Shown piece by piece: positions 47,394-56,763 of a stretch of DNA of 64,000 nt. Each line of letters starts with the position of its first letter. The stretch's first letter is position 1. The translations under genes and the position numbers were made by a program. The notes under the pieces were generated by a model. That model saw only the letters and a program-made list of their open reading frames with translations. It was not told the origin of the DNA and did not search any database. Source of the stretch: Candidatus Latescibacterota bacterium (GTDB taxonomy: Bacteria > Latescibacterota > UBA2968 > UBA8231); contig CBDFJF010000001.1 of the NCBI GenBank assembly GCA_965248265.1, forward strand, positions 1,088,001 to 1,152,000, given 5' to 3'.

Positions 47394-49907
47394 TTGACTC
47401 TCCGACAGCGGCGCTTATTTGTGCATCCTGGTCGTACTCCTCGGCATCTTGTTGGAATTGCCGCGTGTATTCTGCTAATTACGCCCCAATCGTGTCCGTC
47501 GAAACAACAGGCCGTTCATCCCGAACGCACGATGAAGGCGATATCGGCCGAGGGCGAGTCTCCCATCATCGACGGCGTCCTCGACGAGAAGATATGGCTG
47601 GGCGCCCCCGTGGCCACCGATTTCATCCAGAAAGATCCAACCATCGGCGAGCCTGCAACCGAGAAGACCACGGTGCAGGTCGTCTATGATGACAAAGCCC
47701 TGTACATCGGTTTGCAATGTTTCGACAGCGAGGCCGACAAAGTAGTACCTCGCCTCTCACGCCGGGACTATTCGATCGAACGCAACCAGATCAGCGTCAT
47801 GATCGACCCCCATCACGACCACCAGACCGGGTTCTACTTCATTGCCGGACCGTCCGGGTGGATAGCGGACGGCATCTTGTTCAACGATGCGAGCCAGGAC
47901 CAGGCCTGGGATGGAGTCTGGGAAGCCAGGACCTCCGTGCACGATGAAGGTTGGACCGTCGAATTCCGAATACCCTTCCATGTACTGCGCTTCAAGGCAA
48001 CCGAGGGCGAACAGACGTGGGGCTTCAACGTTCACCGCTGGATCGACCGCAAGTACGAATGGGATTACTGGGTGTTGATCCCGTATGAGGTTCAGGCGGA
48101 TGTGACCGTCTCCTGGTTCGGCCACCTCGAAGGCATAGAAGGCGTAGAACCGCCTGCGCACCTTGAAGTGCTTCCGTTTTCAGTCGGCCGCTCATCTTTC
48201 GTCCCCAAGAGTGCTGTTGAGCCCGACGGCCGCGATCTGTTCTCAACCATGGGCTTCGATCTGCGCTATGGCCTCACCCCCAACATCTCTGTCAATGCGA
48301 CGGTGAATCCCGACTTCGGCCAGGTCGAATCCGACCCGGCGGTCCTCAATCTGTCCGTATTCGAGACCTTCTTCGAGGAGCGCCGGCCGTTCTTTCTCGA
48401 AGGCAGTTCGATATTCGAGACGCCGGGATCCGGAATCAGCAGCACCGATTTCTCCACGAAACTGTTTCACTCACGTCGTATCGGCCGGCTACCGTCGCGA
48501 TTCTCGCCACCATCGGGAAGCAGCGTCCTCGACTCCCCTGACCGCACGACCATTATCGGTGCCCTGAAGGTGTCGGGTAAGACCGCCGGCAACATCTCAT
48601 TTGGGCTGCTCAATGCCGTAGCCGACGAGGAGTTCGGCAGCGCCGGGACCTCGTTGGCCAATGCGACCCGATTCCGTCTGGAGCCGTACACCAACTACCT
48701 GGTCGGGCGCGCACAGTATGACGTGATGACGCATTCGACCGTTGGCGCTACCCTTACTGCCGTGAACGGACAGGGATTCCCGTCCGCCTACGTCGGCAGC
48801 GCCGACGCCGACCTCAAGTGGCGCCAGAGCATGTACCGTGTGTACACGCGGATGTCGGGTAGTCGCACCGGTCCTGACGGCGATCGTTCGAACGGCTACG
48901 AGACCGTCGCCTTCTTCACCAAGAATTTCGGTACCTACCGTGGCAGGATCTACGCCGATGCTCGCTCTCGCGGCTTCGATGTCAATGATCTGGGCTTCAT
49001 GAGCCGCAACAATCGCATCCAGACTGGGGCACGGGGAGGTTACCAGCGCGATCAACCCTGGCGGTGGGCACGCCGATCCCGGTTGCGTACGAACTTCTGG
49101 TCACACTGGAACTTTGACGATGTCAACTTGAAAAGAGGCATCAACGTCGAAAGCTCTCATCTGCTCCACAATTTCTGGTGGATCTGGGCCGGCGTTGGGC
49201 GAGAATTCGAGGCTACCAGCGACCTCGAAACACGAGGTGGTCCGCTCATAGCGCGCCCCGGCTCGACGAACTACTGGATCGGATTCGTGACCGATCAGCG
49301 CAACCGCGCCGATGTCGAGATCGGATTCAACGGTGACCGTGGCCACGAAGGTCGCAACGATCGCAAGAGAATCGGTATTACCCCGAGCTTCCGGCCCATT
49401 CCAAACCTGCAGCTATCCTTCGCCCCAGCCTACCAGAAGGAGAGGAAGTTCGCGCAGTGGATTGACAACGTCGACGACGATGGCGATGGCACGGCCGACC
49501 ATATCGTCTTTGGTGAGCTCGACAACGATCTGTTCGACATCACCACGCGCGTGACCATGACCTTCCGGACCAACCTCAGTGTGCAGCTCTTCATGCAGCC
49601 GTTCGTCACCGTCGGTGACTACGGTGCCATCAAAGAGCTTGCGAGACCCGAATCCTACGAATTCACCACCTACGACGACTTGGGATACAATCCCGACTTC
49701 AGCTTCCGCTCACTGCGCAGCAATCTCGTCCTGCGCTGGGAATACCGCCTCGGCAGCACCCTGTTCTTCGTGTGGTCGCAATCGCGATCGCGATCCCTCG
49801 ACATCGACGACCCTTCCTTCGACGCCTGGAACGGATTGGGCAACAGCTTTACGGATGAAGGCGACAATGTGTTTCTGGTCAAGCTGAACTACTGGGTCGG
49901 CGGCTGA
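47394..49907 (+). CDS. CBM9-like + DUF5916 outer membrane beta-barrel protein; start uncertain
   Basis: PIIDGVLDE..W, GWTVEFRIPF, TVNPDFGQVESD, FFEERRPFFLEG, C-terminal FLVKLNYW. Confidence 0.82.
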   Translation: MTLRQRRLFVHPGRTPRHLVGIAACILLITPQSCPSKQQAVHPERTMKAISAEGESPIIDGVLDEKIWLGAPVATDFIQKDPTIGEPATEKTTVQVVYDDKALYIGLQCFDSEADKVVPRLSRRDYSIERNQISVMIDPHHDHQTGFYFIAGPSGWIADGILFNDASQDQAWDGVWEARTSVHDEGWTVEFRIPFHVLRFKATEGEQTWGFNVHRWIDRKYEWDYWVLIPYEVQADVTVSWFGHLEGIEGVEPPAHLEVLPFSVGRSSFVPKSAVEPDGRDLFSTMGFDLRYGLTPNISVNATVNPDFGQVESDPAVLNLSVFETFFEERRPFFLEGSSIFETPGSGISSTDFSTKLFHSRRIGRLPSRFSPPSGSSVLDSPDRTTIIGALKVSGKTAGNISFGLLNAVADEEFGSAGTSLANATRFRLEPYTNYLVGRAQYDVMTHSTVGATLTAVNGQGFPSAYVGSADADLKWRQSMYRVYTRMSGSRTGPDGDRSNGYETVAFFTKNFGTYRGRIYADARSRGFDVNDLGFMSRNNRIQTGARGGYQRDQPWRWARRSRLRTNFWSHWNFDDVNLKRGINVESSHLLHNFWWIWAGVGREFEATSDLETRGGPLIARPGSTNYWIGFVTDQRNRADVEIGFNGDRGHEGRNDRKRIGITPSFRPIPNLQLSFAPAYQKERKFAQWIDNVDDDGDGTADHIVFGELDNDLFDITTRVTMTFRTNLSVQLFMQPFVTVGDYGAIKELARPESYEFTTYDDLGYNPDFSFRSLRSNLVLRWEYRLGSTLFFVWSQSRSRSLDIDDPSFDAWNGLGNSFTDEGDNVFLVKLNYWVGG

Positions 49908-49980
49908 ACCACAGCATCCCGATCGATGAACTACCACAGATGTTGCTGATCGCGGGGAGAAAACGGTAGCAGTCACAGAC

Positions 49981-50865
49981 CTAATCTTCGGCCCAGGATC
50001 GCGCCAACCGGTACGCTCGGTACTTCGTCAGAACGAAGGCCAGAGCCATCAGGCCTATAATCCCGATCCACAAGAGAGTATATTCGGCCAGTAGACTCAG
50101 CACACTGAACTCAGCCAGCGTGTGCTGGGTCCATGCCTGATCAAATCCCTCACTTGACATCCCCAGTGTCAACGACATCGCCTGCTCAAAGGACCCGGTC
50201 CGGTCTGTTTCTTCAAGCAGATCAGCCCAGATCAATCCCCCTCCCAACTGGCGCAGGTACAGGACGGCACTCAGACTCTCGCTGTAAGCCCGGCGGGCTT
50301 CTGCCTCGGGAAAGGCCAACAGTGACTCAACCTCGAGCAGGGAATGGGTCCGGCCGGACAGCACCGCCAGGGCCAGATCCAGACTCTGGCGCAGTTGCCA
50401 CTCGCGCGCCAACCACATCGAGACCCCCTCGTCAAACCATCTCGGCAGAGCCGCGTGACCGGCGCCGCGAAAGAGAGCGATGTGGGCGAGTTCGTGCACG
50501 ATCGTTTGTCGGTAGATGCTTGGATCCGGCTGCTCCAGGTGTATGTAGATCTCGCCACGGCCTGGAATAGCACAGCCGGCTCCCCATTCAGGCAGGCGCC
50601 CTCCCGTCAGTTCACGGAAGACACCGCGATCGGCTGCCAGATAGAGGTCGACGGAATCGAGCAGACCGATCCTCAATTCCGCCCCAATGTGTGTCAGGGC
50701 CTCGTCGACGAGAGGTCTCAGCTGCCGGACCGCTGGGGCGTTCCGGGGTTCGAAGTGAATGCGCACCGGGCCGGCGACGTGGACCCGCCACTCCTGGGCC
50801 AGCGCCGAAGAGCAGGACCAAAAGCTCAAACACACTGAGATCCACCAGAGCCTGGGCCGAAACAT
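49981..50865 (-). CDS. Peptidase MA-like zinc metallohydrolase, membrane anchored
   Basis: Signal peptide, HELAH, PRWFDEG, C-terminal TM. Confidence 0.82.
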   Translation of the reverse strand: MFRPRLWWISVCLSFWSCSSALAQEWRVHVAGPVRIHFEPRNAPAVRQLRPLVDEALTHIGAELRIGLLDSVDLYLAADRGVFRELTGGRLPEWGAGCAIPGRGEIYIHLEQPDPSIYRQTIVHELAHIALFRGAGHAALPRWFDEGVSMWLAREWQLRQSLDLALAVLSGRTHSLLEVESLLAFPEAEARRAYSESLSAVLYLRQLGGGLIWADLLEETDRTGSFEQAMSLTLGMSSEGFDQAWTQHTLAEFSVLSLLAEYTLLWIGIIGLMALAFVLTKYRAYRLARSWAED

Positions 50866-50879
50866 GGCAGGGTTGGATC

Positions 50880-51237
50880 CTACTCATCCGGCGGCAGGCG
50901 GACGACGTTAAACCAGAAATCCTCAATCGAACGCACAGCCTTGATGAACTGCTCCATATCGACCGGCTTGGTGATGTAGCAGTTGGCGTGCAACTCGTAG
51001 GCCCTCAGGATGTCCTCGTCCGCCTCTGAAGTCGTCATTACCACCACGGGTATTTTCTGCAGATCCGGATCAGACTTGATCTGCTCGAGAACTTGGCGGC
51101 CGTCCTCGACGGCCGCTGGCTCCAGCCACAGAATTCTTTGACGATGCGCGCGTCATCTTCGCTGTCCTCAACCAGGAGTATCAGCATGAGTCAGTCCTCA
51201 CTTTGAAGCGGCAGCGTGAAGAAAAAGGTGGTCCCTC
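50880..51237 (-). pseudogene. Remnant of histidine kinase tail plus internally deleted Rcp1-like response regulator
   Basis: GTTFFFTLPLQSED* (51191-51237); [12 protein letters not shown] from 51187; then in another frame [36 protein letters not shown]. The phospho-Asp strand is missing. Confidence 0.82.
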
Positions 51238-51379
51238 GATGAGCTGCCTCATCCGCTTGGCAGCCATCCATAGCGCTCTATGTAATGTCGCGATTTTTCA
51301 ACGAGGTCGCAGCCGAGGTGCTGATCCACAGATAATGTTGGAACGAGCAGGTCTTGCTGATGTTGCGGAGGTGACTAAC

Positions 51380-51830
51380 CTACAAGTGATCGACGATTTC
51401 GTATAGCGAATGGGCCGCCGCAATGGGCCGATCCTCCATCAGCTGGCCACTGTCGTATGTGCGCAGGAAAAGCTCGCCGCGGCTGCTATCGCTGGTTTTC
51501 TCGAACCAGGTCCCTTGCCACGGCTGATAGATGACGCCGTCATCGGCCACCTTCCACTCACCACTGGCGACCTGGCGGTCCTCCACGTAGAAGCGGCTTC
51601 TCACCGTCGGCTCGGTACCATGCGTACGACCCGTGCTTGATGCCTCTGACGTAGGTCGTGTGGATCTCGCCACCATGTTGATCCGCGGTGATGACGACGC
51701 CATCCGAATCGGAGTCATCATACCGAGTCACTTTGCTGTCGCCGCAGCCGATCGAGACCAGGCCCGTGCCCAGTTGCAAGATGACTACAGCGCGCTTTGC
51801 CGTCCTAGTTACCATGTTGCTCAGTGCCAT
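51380..51830 (-). pseudogene. Putative lipoprotein with MORN-variant-like repeats, frameshifted
   Basis: Lipobox-like VSIGC; YVRGIKHGSYAWYRADGEK continues in another frame as RFYVED..SGEW..GTW; shift near 51595. Confidence 0.55.
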
Positions 51831-52056
51831 GATCGAACTCCCTTTTTTCACCGGTGTCAGTTTTTGCTGTCTTCGACATCAGCATTGCAAGGGTGTGCCA
51901 ATCGCTGCCCCGAACCATGTTCCTTGTGTGTGGGTTACCGTACTGCCGGAAACGCATCAATTCCGGTTTTCCGGACGCTGGGACACGGGCTGTCCAGTTT
52001 TCCGGAGGGGCCAACTTCGCCTTTGCCGCGGGTGCGCCTTGACATGAATTCGGCGC

Positions 52057-53865
52057 TCACCAGGAGGCGAGTTCGTTTTCCTTTATGTGGAACCGCGGTG
52101 CCGACACCTCGTCAATCAGCTCCTTTGTGTGCTCGCCGACGCGGACTATGACTCCTGGAAATGCCCTGTCCCACACCTTGATCTCTACGCCTTGTCTGCC
52201 TTCCAGCTGCTGCGTCATGCTTCGACGCCTGGTCACCAGCTGCTGATGGGATTGCGCCAACTCGCCGAGCTGGCGGGCACGACGCGCCAGCAGCTTGCGG
52301 CTGGGGCCAGCCGCTGCCTTGATCAATGCCTTGATCTGATCGAGGTCGATAGTTTCTAATGCGAAACGATTCAGGATGCGCTCCATCTGGGCGTTGCCGG
52401 CGGCGATGCTGCGCTGGATGCCGTCCAGCTCACGCGCCTGCAGTGGGTTGAGCCCCGCCGTCAGCGCTGAAGCCATCCCGTGCATGGTGCCGGCTGTGTG
52501 GGTTTCAATGCCCTTGCGACCCCAGGTCTCGCCTCCCATGATGCTGCCACCGTGGTCGCTCCGGCCACGCGCTATCACGACCTTGCCACCGGCGCGCAGG
52601 TTGGCGTGGTAAGAATAGCTTCCCAGCAGGATGTCTTGACCCGCCGTCACAGACGCCTCCTGCACGTATTGGGCCCTTACCGTACCACCGGCCACGATCA
52701 GCGTCTTGCGACCGACGATGCCCTGACCGGTGACCACGTCCCCGCGGGTTGACAGACTGGCACCGGACTCGACGGTGCCACCGATGGTGACGTCCCCTCC
52801 TGCCTTCACCGAAAACCCCCGGGCGATGGACCCGCTGATGTGGATGGCGCCGGCGAACTTCAGGTTTCCTGTGTGGAAGTCGACGTCACCACGGATGGCG
52901 AGCTGCTCGACCACCCGCAGCTCATCTCCCTCGTGGCGGAGTATTCCCGCGACCTTGGCGTAGTACTCCTCCCGGTCTGCTCCCGGCCGGACTTCGACGT
53001 TTTTCCCGGCGCTCAGTGGGAGATCGCTCCCGTCCTCTGCCGGACGAGGATTCCCAAACACATCCAGCCCGGTTTTCCCTTCGGTAGCGGGTTTGCGCCA
53101 TGCGACCAGCTGGTCGGCCTTTGCATTTGGCGTGAAGTTGACCTCGTGAAAATCGATGGAGCCATCTTCTCGTGTCTGACCAACGCGACGGTCCGTATCC
53201 ACCAGGATCTCGAGCTGGGTGTCTTCTCCGTTTACGGGCTCCTGACCCTGCGCTATCAAATAGAGGCCCCTCTTGTGGGACCCCATACGAATGGCGAGTG
53301 CAAGCTCTTCGATTTTCTCCGCGTCAACTCCAACAACCTCGCCCAACTCGTTTAGATGTTGTTGAATCATCTCCACCGTCACCGAGTGAGCCGACCCGTC
53401 GAGGACCAACCAGTAGACATGCATGCTGTCTGCGTCCACCCACAAAGGTGACCGCACCGCCAGTTCCCCGTCGATCACACACAGATAACCGTAGTGCACG
53501 GCTCGGTACTCGCCCTCAGGTGTAAGGGTGAGACCGGTCGCGGACCCTTCGTCTTGATGTTCCGAGGATGCATGGCGCAGAGCACGGGCTACGATTTCGC
53601 CCTGGGCCGCCGCAATCGCCCGAACCTTGCCGATCGCCAGTCTGTCGATCTGGTCACTGTCCAGCAGATCGACGAGAGCGGTTGAGTCGTGAACCAGCTG
53701 GGTTGCTAAGCGCGACTTGCTCAGTGGGCCGAGGTCGACCAGTTCGATGTTGGATTGCAGGTCGAGCTTGGCCGATTCCCTCTCGGCCAGGTCGTCGACC
53801 TCATCGAGAAAGTCGTCCATCTGGCCGGGATCAATGTCGTTTGGTTTGTCGAGTTTGAGTGCCAT
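52057..53865 (-). CDS. FapA/DUF342 family protein (paralog of 6337-8583)
   Basis: YGYLC, REDGSIDFHEVN, GKNV, GDVDFHTGNLKF.G, GGSIMGGETW shared with copy 1. Confidence 0.87.
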   Translation of the reverse strand: MALKLDKPNDIDPGQMDDFLDEVDDLAERESAKLDLQSNIELVDLGPLSKSRLATQLVHDSTALVDLLDSDQIDRLAIGKVRAIAAAQGEIVARALRHASSEHQDEGSATGLTLTPEGEYRAVHYGYLCVIDGELAVRSPLWVDADSMHVYWLVLDGSAHSVTVEMIQQHLNELGEVVGVDAEKIEELALAIRMGSHKRGLYLIAQGQEPVNGEDTQLEILVDTDRRVGQTREDGSIDFHEVNFTPNAKADQLVAWRKPATEGKTGLDVFGNPRPAEDGSDLPLSAGKNVEVRPGADREEYYAKVAGILRHEGDELRVVEQLAIRGDVDFHTGNLKFAGAIHISGSIARGFSVKAGGDVTIGGTVESGASLSTRGDVVTGQGIVGRKTLIVAGGTVRAQYVQEASVTAGQDILLGSYSYHANLRAGGKVVIARGRSDHGGSIMGGETWGRKGIETHTAGTMHGMASALTAGLNPLQARELDGIQRSIAAGNAQMERILNRFALETIDLDQIKALIKAAAGPSRKLLARRARQLGELAQSHQQLVTRRRSMTQQLEGRQGVEIKVWDRAFPGVIVRVGEHTKELIDEVSAPRFHIKENELASW

Positions 53866-53871
53866 GAGTAA

Positions 53872-54819
53872 TCACGCGGGGCAAGAGGTTTCGGCTTCCA
53901 GCTCGAGTAACTCACTGATCGGTACGTTGTCCGTTTCCAGGGCTTCGGTAACCCTGGCCATGCGCAACAGCAGCGCCGCCTGCTGCGCCAGTCGCCAGAG
54001 TATGTGAGGCACATCCTCCGGATTCTCTTCGTCCTCTTCAAAATCGCCGACCCAGACCACGGCGATGGTGGAGTCACCATAGATGATGGGCGCGGCGACC
54101 GCCCCGGTTGAGGAATCAAGTCTAGGTTCCGACGAAGTGAAAGCGTGCACGGCGATGTGGTCGTCCGTCTGCAACGCCAGGGTCGGCTGCAGAGTCGATC
54201 GGGACCCTCTGGCGAGTGTGAGTTCCAGCTGTCTTGATTGGACATCGGGTTCGTATAGAAGGGCGGCGCGGGCGCCCGTCACGTCGGAAACCACCTGCAG
54301 AATCTCGGCCTTCGCGGCAGCGCGGTCATGGCAATTCATCTGGAACTGAACCAGCCGATCCCGACCTTGCAACTCCTTGAATTGGCGGCTGAGTCTGTCG
54401 TGCGCCTGTTGCAGCTGCCGATGAGCCTCGGCGATGCGATGCTCTGCTCCGTGCTTGTAGATCGCGATTTCGATGGAGGTCTCGAGCTCGCGATCCTGAA
54501 ACGGCTTGAGGATGTAGCCGAACGGTTCGGTAATTTTCGCCCGCTCGACGGTCGTGTCGTCCGCGTAGGCGGTCAAATAAATGACCGGAGTATGGAACTT
54601 GCGACGCACGATCTCGGCGACTTGAATCCCGTCCGTGTCGCCTCTGAGGCGGATATCCATCAGCACCAAGCCAGGCTTCAGGCTCTCCACCATGCCCAGC
54701 GCCTCTTCGCCGGTGCCGGCGATATCGAGCACGTCGTAGCCCATCTCCTGCAGTCTGTACTGCAGATCACGGGCGATCAGGATTTCGTCTTCGACGATCA
54801 GTATTCTGGCCTTGTCCAT
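53872..54819 (-). CDS. Response regulator REC + GAF-like (paralog of 5406-6356)
   Basis: RILIVEDEILIARDLQ, RDRLV.FQM and LWRLAQQAALLLRMARV shared with copy 1. GGAGG RBS. Confidence 0.88.
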   Translation of the reverse strand: MDKARILIVEDEILIARDLQYRLQEMGYDVLDIAGTGEEALGMVESLKPGLVLMDIRLRGDTDGIQVAEIVRRKFHTPVIYLTAYADDTTVERAKITEPFGYILKPFQDRELETSIEIAIYKHGAEHRIAEAHRQLQQAHDRLSRQFKELQGRDRLVQFQMNCHDRAAAKAEILQVVSDVTGARAALLYEPDVQSRQLELTLARGSRSTLQPTLALQTDDHIAVHAFTSSEPRLDSSTGAVAAPIIYGDSTIAVVWVGDFEEDEENPEDVPHILWRLAQQAALLLRMARVTEALETDNVPISELLELEAETSCPA

Positions 54820-54832
54820 TATATCCTCCAGT

Positions 54833-56524
54833 TCATTTGGTTTCGGAAAAAGTCAGTTGAAAACCGGTGCCTCTGTCGCAGTCTATCTCCAGATCGCCCT
54901 GCAACTGCCGGGTGAGATCCTGGACCAGACGCAGACCCAGCGAATCGGCCGTCCGCATATCGACTTCACGGCAGCCGATCCCATCGTCACTTACCCAAAG
55001 CACGTAGCGATCGCCATCCTCGCGAGCCAGTTCGACCTTGACCACGCCGCTGCGTCCATCTGGAAATGCATGTTTGAGGGCGTTGGACAACAACTCGTTG
55101 ACGATGAGACCACATGGTATTGCGGTCTCGATGTTGACGTGTACTTCCTCCATCTGGAGGTCGAGCTCGATGTCACGCACTTCAGCCCCGTATGATTGGA
55201 ACAAGCCGCTTGCCAGTTTGCGGATGTAGGGGGCGAGACCGACCCGGGCCAGATCGGCGGACTGGTACAGCTCCTGGTGAATGAGAGCCATCGACAGCAC
55301 CCGGTTCTGGCTCTCCTGCAGGATCGCCTTGATGCGATCATCGCCGCTGGCAGCAGCTTGATGGCTCAGCAGACTGGAGATGATCTGCATGTTGTTCTTG
55401 ACGCGGTGGTAGACTTCCTGAAGCAGGACTTCCTTCTCCCTCAAGGCACTCTTCGTGCGCTCCTCAGCTTGTTTGCGCTCGGTGACGTCGAAAGCGTAGA
55501 TCCGGATCCGCCCAGTCTCTTTGACGTAGTACATGACCTGTTGGCACCAGTGGCCGTCGACCTCGACTTCCCGGCTCATCGAGGTGGGTGCGTCCACGGC
55601 CCGGAACGCGGCTACGGGCAGATCGGCAAGAAAGGGATGCTCGGTTCTGCGTTGATCGATATCGGGATAAAGCATTTCCGCCCGTGGGTTGAGGTAGTGC
55701 ACTCGCCCATCCAGGTCGGTTTCGATCACGACATTGGGGTTGAGCATCGGAAACGAAGCTAGCCGGTTTAGCTCCTTCTCGACCCGGTGGCGCTCTTCGA
55801 TCTCGAAACGCAGGTGGGTGTTGGATCGGTGCAGACGTCGCTGGGCGATGAGTCCTGCTCGATGGAGACACGCCAGAGACAGCAACAGCACCACGGTGAT
55901 TACGCCAACGCCGACTGCCCATGGTAATGCGGTCCCCCTGACGGTCTCATTGACCACGTCACCGGGAACAAAGACACTGATCAATGCGTCGAGGCTGGCG
56001 CTGTAGGCGAACGCGCCGATGCGGTCCGCATCCTGTGGCGTGCTGTTCGTGCCCACCCAATCGGTCCGCGATGCCGCCAGTTCTTGCGTCGTCGCCGGTC
56101 CGACGTGTCCTTGAGCCCACGTCATGACTCCATCAGCTTCGGTGCCTACGGCATTGGGATCCCTTGTGTGCAGACTCAGCCGGCCCTCGGGGTCGATGAC
56201 GCACAAGAAGCTGCCACGGTCGATGTAGACCTCGCTGTAGTCATTCCATGTCTTGCCGAGGGCTGCCAGAATTTCGGTCTCTGACATCGACTCACCTAGG
56301 GCGTTACTGTGCATGGCGAGGGCGCGCGCCACCTTGTGGTTGCTCTCGTAGATGATCTCGAGAAGGGCGTCGCGACTGGTGACGTAGGAGTAGTAGCCGA
56401 CTCCAAGACCCACCACTATGCTCAGCAATCCCAGAATCAGGGCGATAAGGGACAGGCGGCCGATGTACGCTGTAATCTGATTATCGACAGCCGAGCGATC
56501 GGGAGACGGAGCGGACGCGTTCAT
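54833..56524 (-). CDS. Membrane sensor kinase: periplasmic (Cache-like) domain, PAS, HisKA_2, HATPase
   Basis: Two TMs, [40 protein letters not shown]. Confidence 0.9.
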   Translation of the reverse strand: MNASAPSPDRSAVDNQITAYIGRLSLIALILGLLSIVVGLGVGYYSYVTSRDALLEIIYESNHKVARALAMHSNALGESMSETEILAALGKTWNDYSEVYIDRGSFLCVIDPEGRLSLHTRDPNAVGTEADGVMTWAQGHVGPATTQELAASRTDWVGTNSTPQDADRIGAFAYSASLDALISVFVPGDVVNETVRGTALPWAVGVGVITVVLLLSLACLHRAGLIAQRRLHRSNTHLRFEIEERHRVEKELNRLASFPMLNPNVVIETDLDGRVHYLNPRAEMLYPDIDQRRTEHPFLADLPVAAFRAVDAPTSMSREVEVDGHWCQQVMYYVKETGRIRIYAFDVTERKQAEERTKSALREKEVLLQEVYHRVKNNMQIISSLLSHQAAASGDDRIKAILQESQNRVLSMALIHQELYQSADLARVGLAPYIRKLASGLFQSYGAEVRDIELDLQMEEVHVNIETAIPCGLIVNELLSNALKHAFPDGRSGVVKVELAREDGDRYVLWVSDDGIGCREVDMRTADSLGLRLVQDLTRQLQGDLEIDCDRGTGFQLTFSETK

Positions 56525-56573
56525 TTGAGATGACTTCCGGCAACGGGTTCGATGATCGGTTCACTCGGGATAT

Positions 56574-56589
56574 CGCAACAACCATGCCG
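56574..56589 (-). promoter_or_regulatory. sigma54-type promoter of the kinase-REC-FapA operon
   Basis: Minus strand CGGCATGGTTGTTGCG, GG-N10-GC, about 50 nt upstream of ATG 56524. Confidence 0.62.
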
Positions 56590-56694
56590 ATGTCATCCAC
56601 GCCAGTAGAAAGCGACGTAAGTGCAGCCGGAGACTGGAGTTTGGCCCACATCAGTGCGCTGTCGCGGAGGTATTGTGGAGAACAGGCTGAACCG

Positions 56695-56722
56695 GATATA
56701 TCGGGATTCGACTCGATATATC
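56695..56722. promoter_or_regulatory. Putative upstream activator sequence GATATATC-N12-GATATATC (second copy)
   Basis: Same octamers and 12-nt spacer length as 32941-32968; about 105-135 nt upstream of the 56574 promoter. Confidence 0.65.
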
Positions 56723-56731
56723 GGGACCTGG

Positions 56732-56758
56732 AACCCGGGCTCAGGCTGAGCCCGGGTT
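56732..56758. terminator. GC-rich hairpin, likely terminator of the lyase gene
   Basis: AACCCGGGCTCAG-G-CTGAGCCCGGGTT, 5 nt past the stop at 56764. Confidence 0.7.
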
Positions 56759-56763
56759 TTGTG

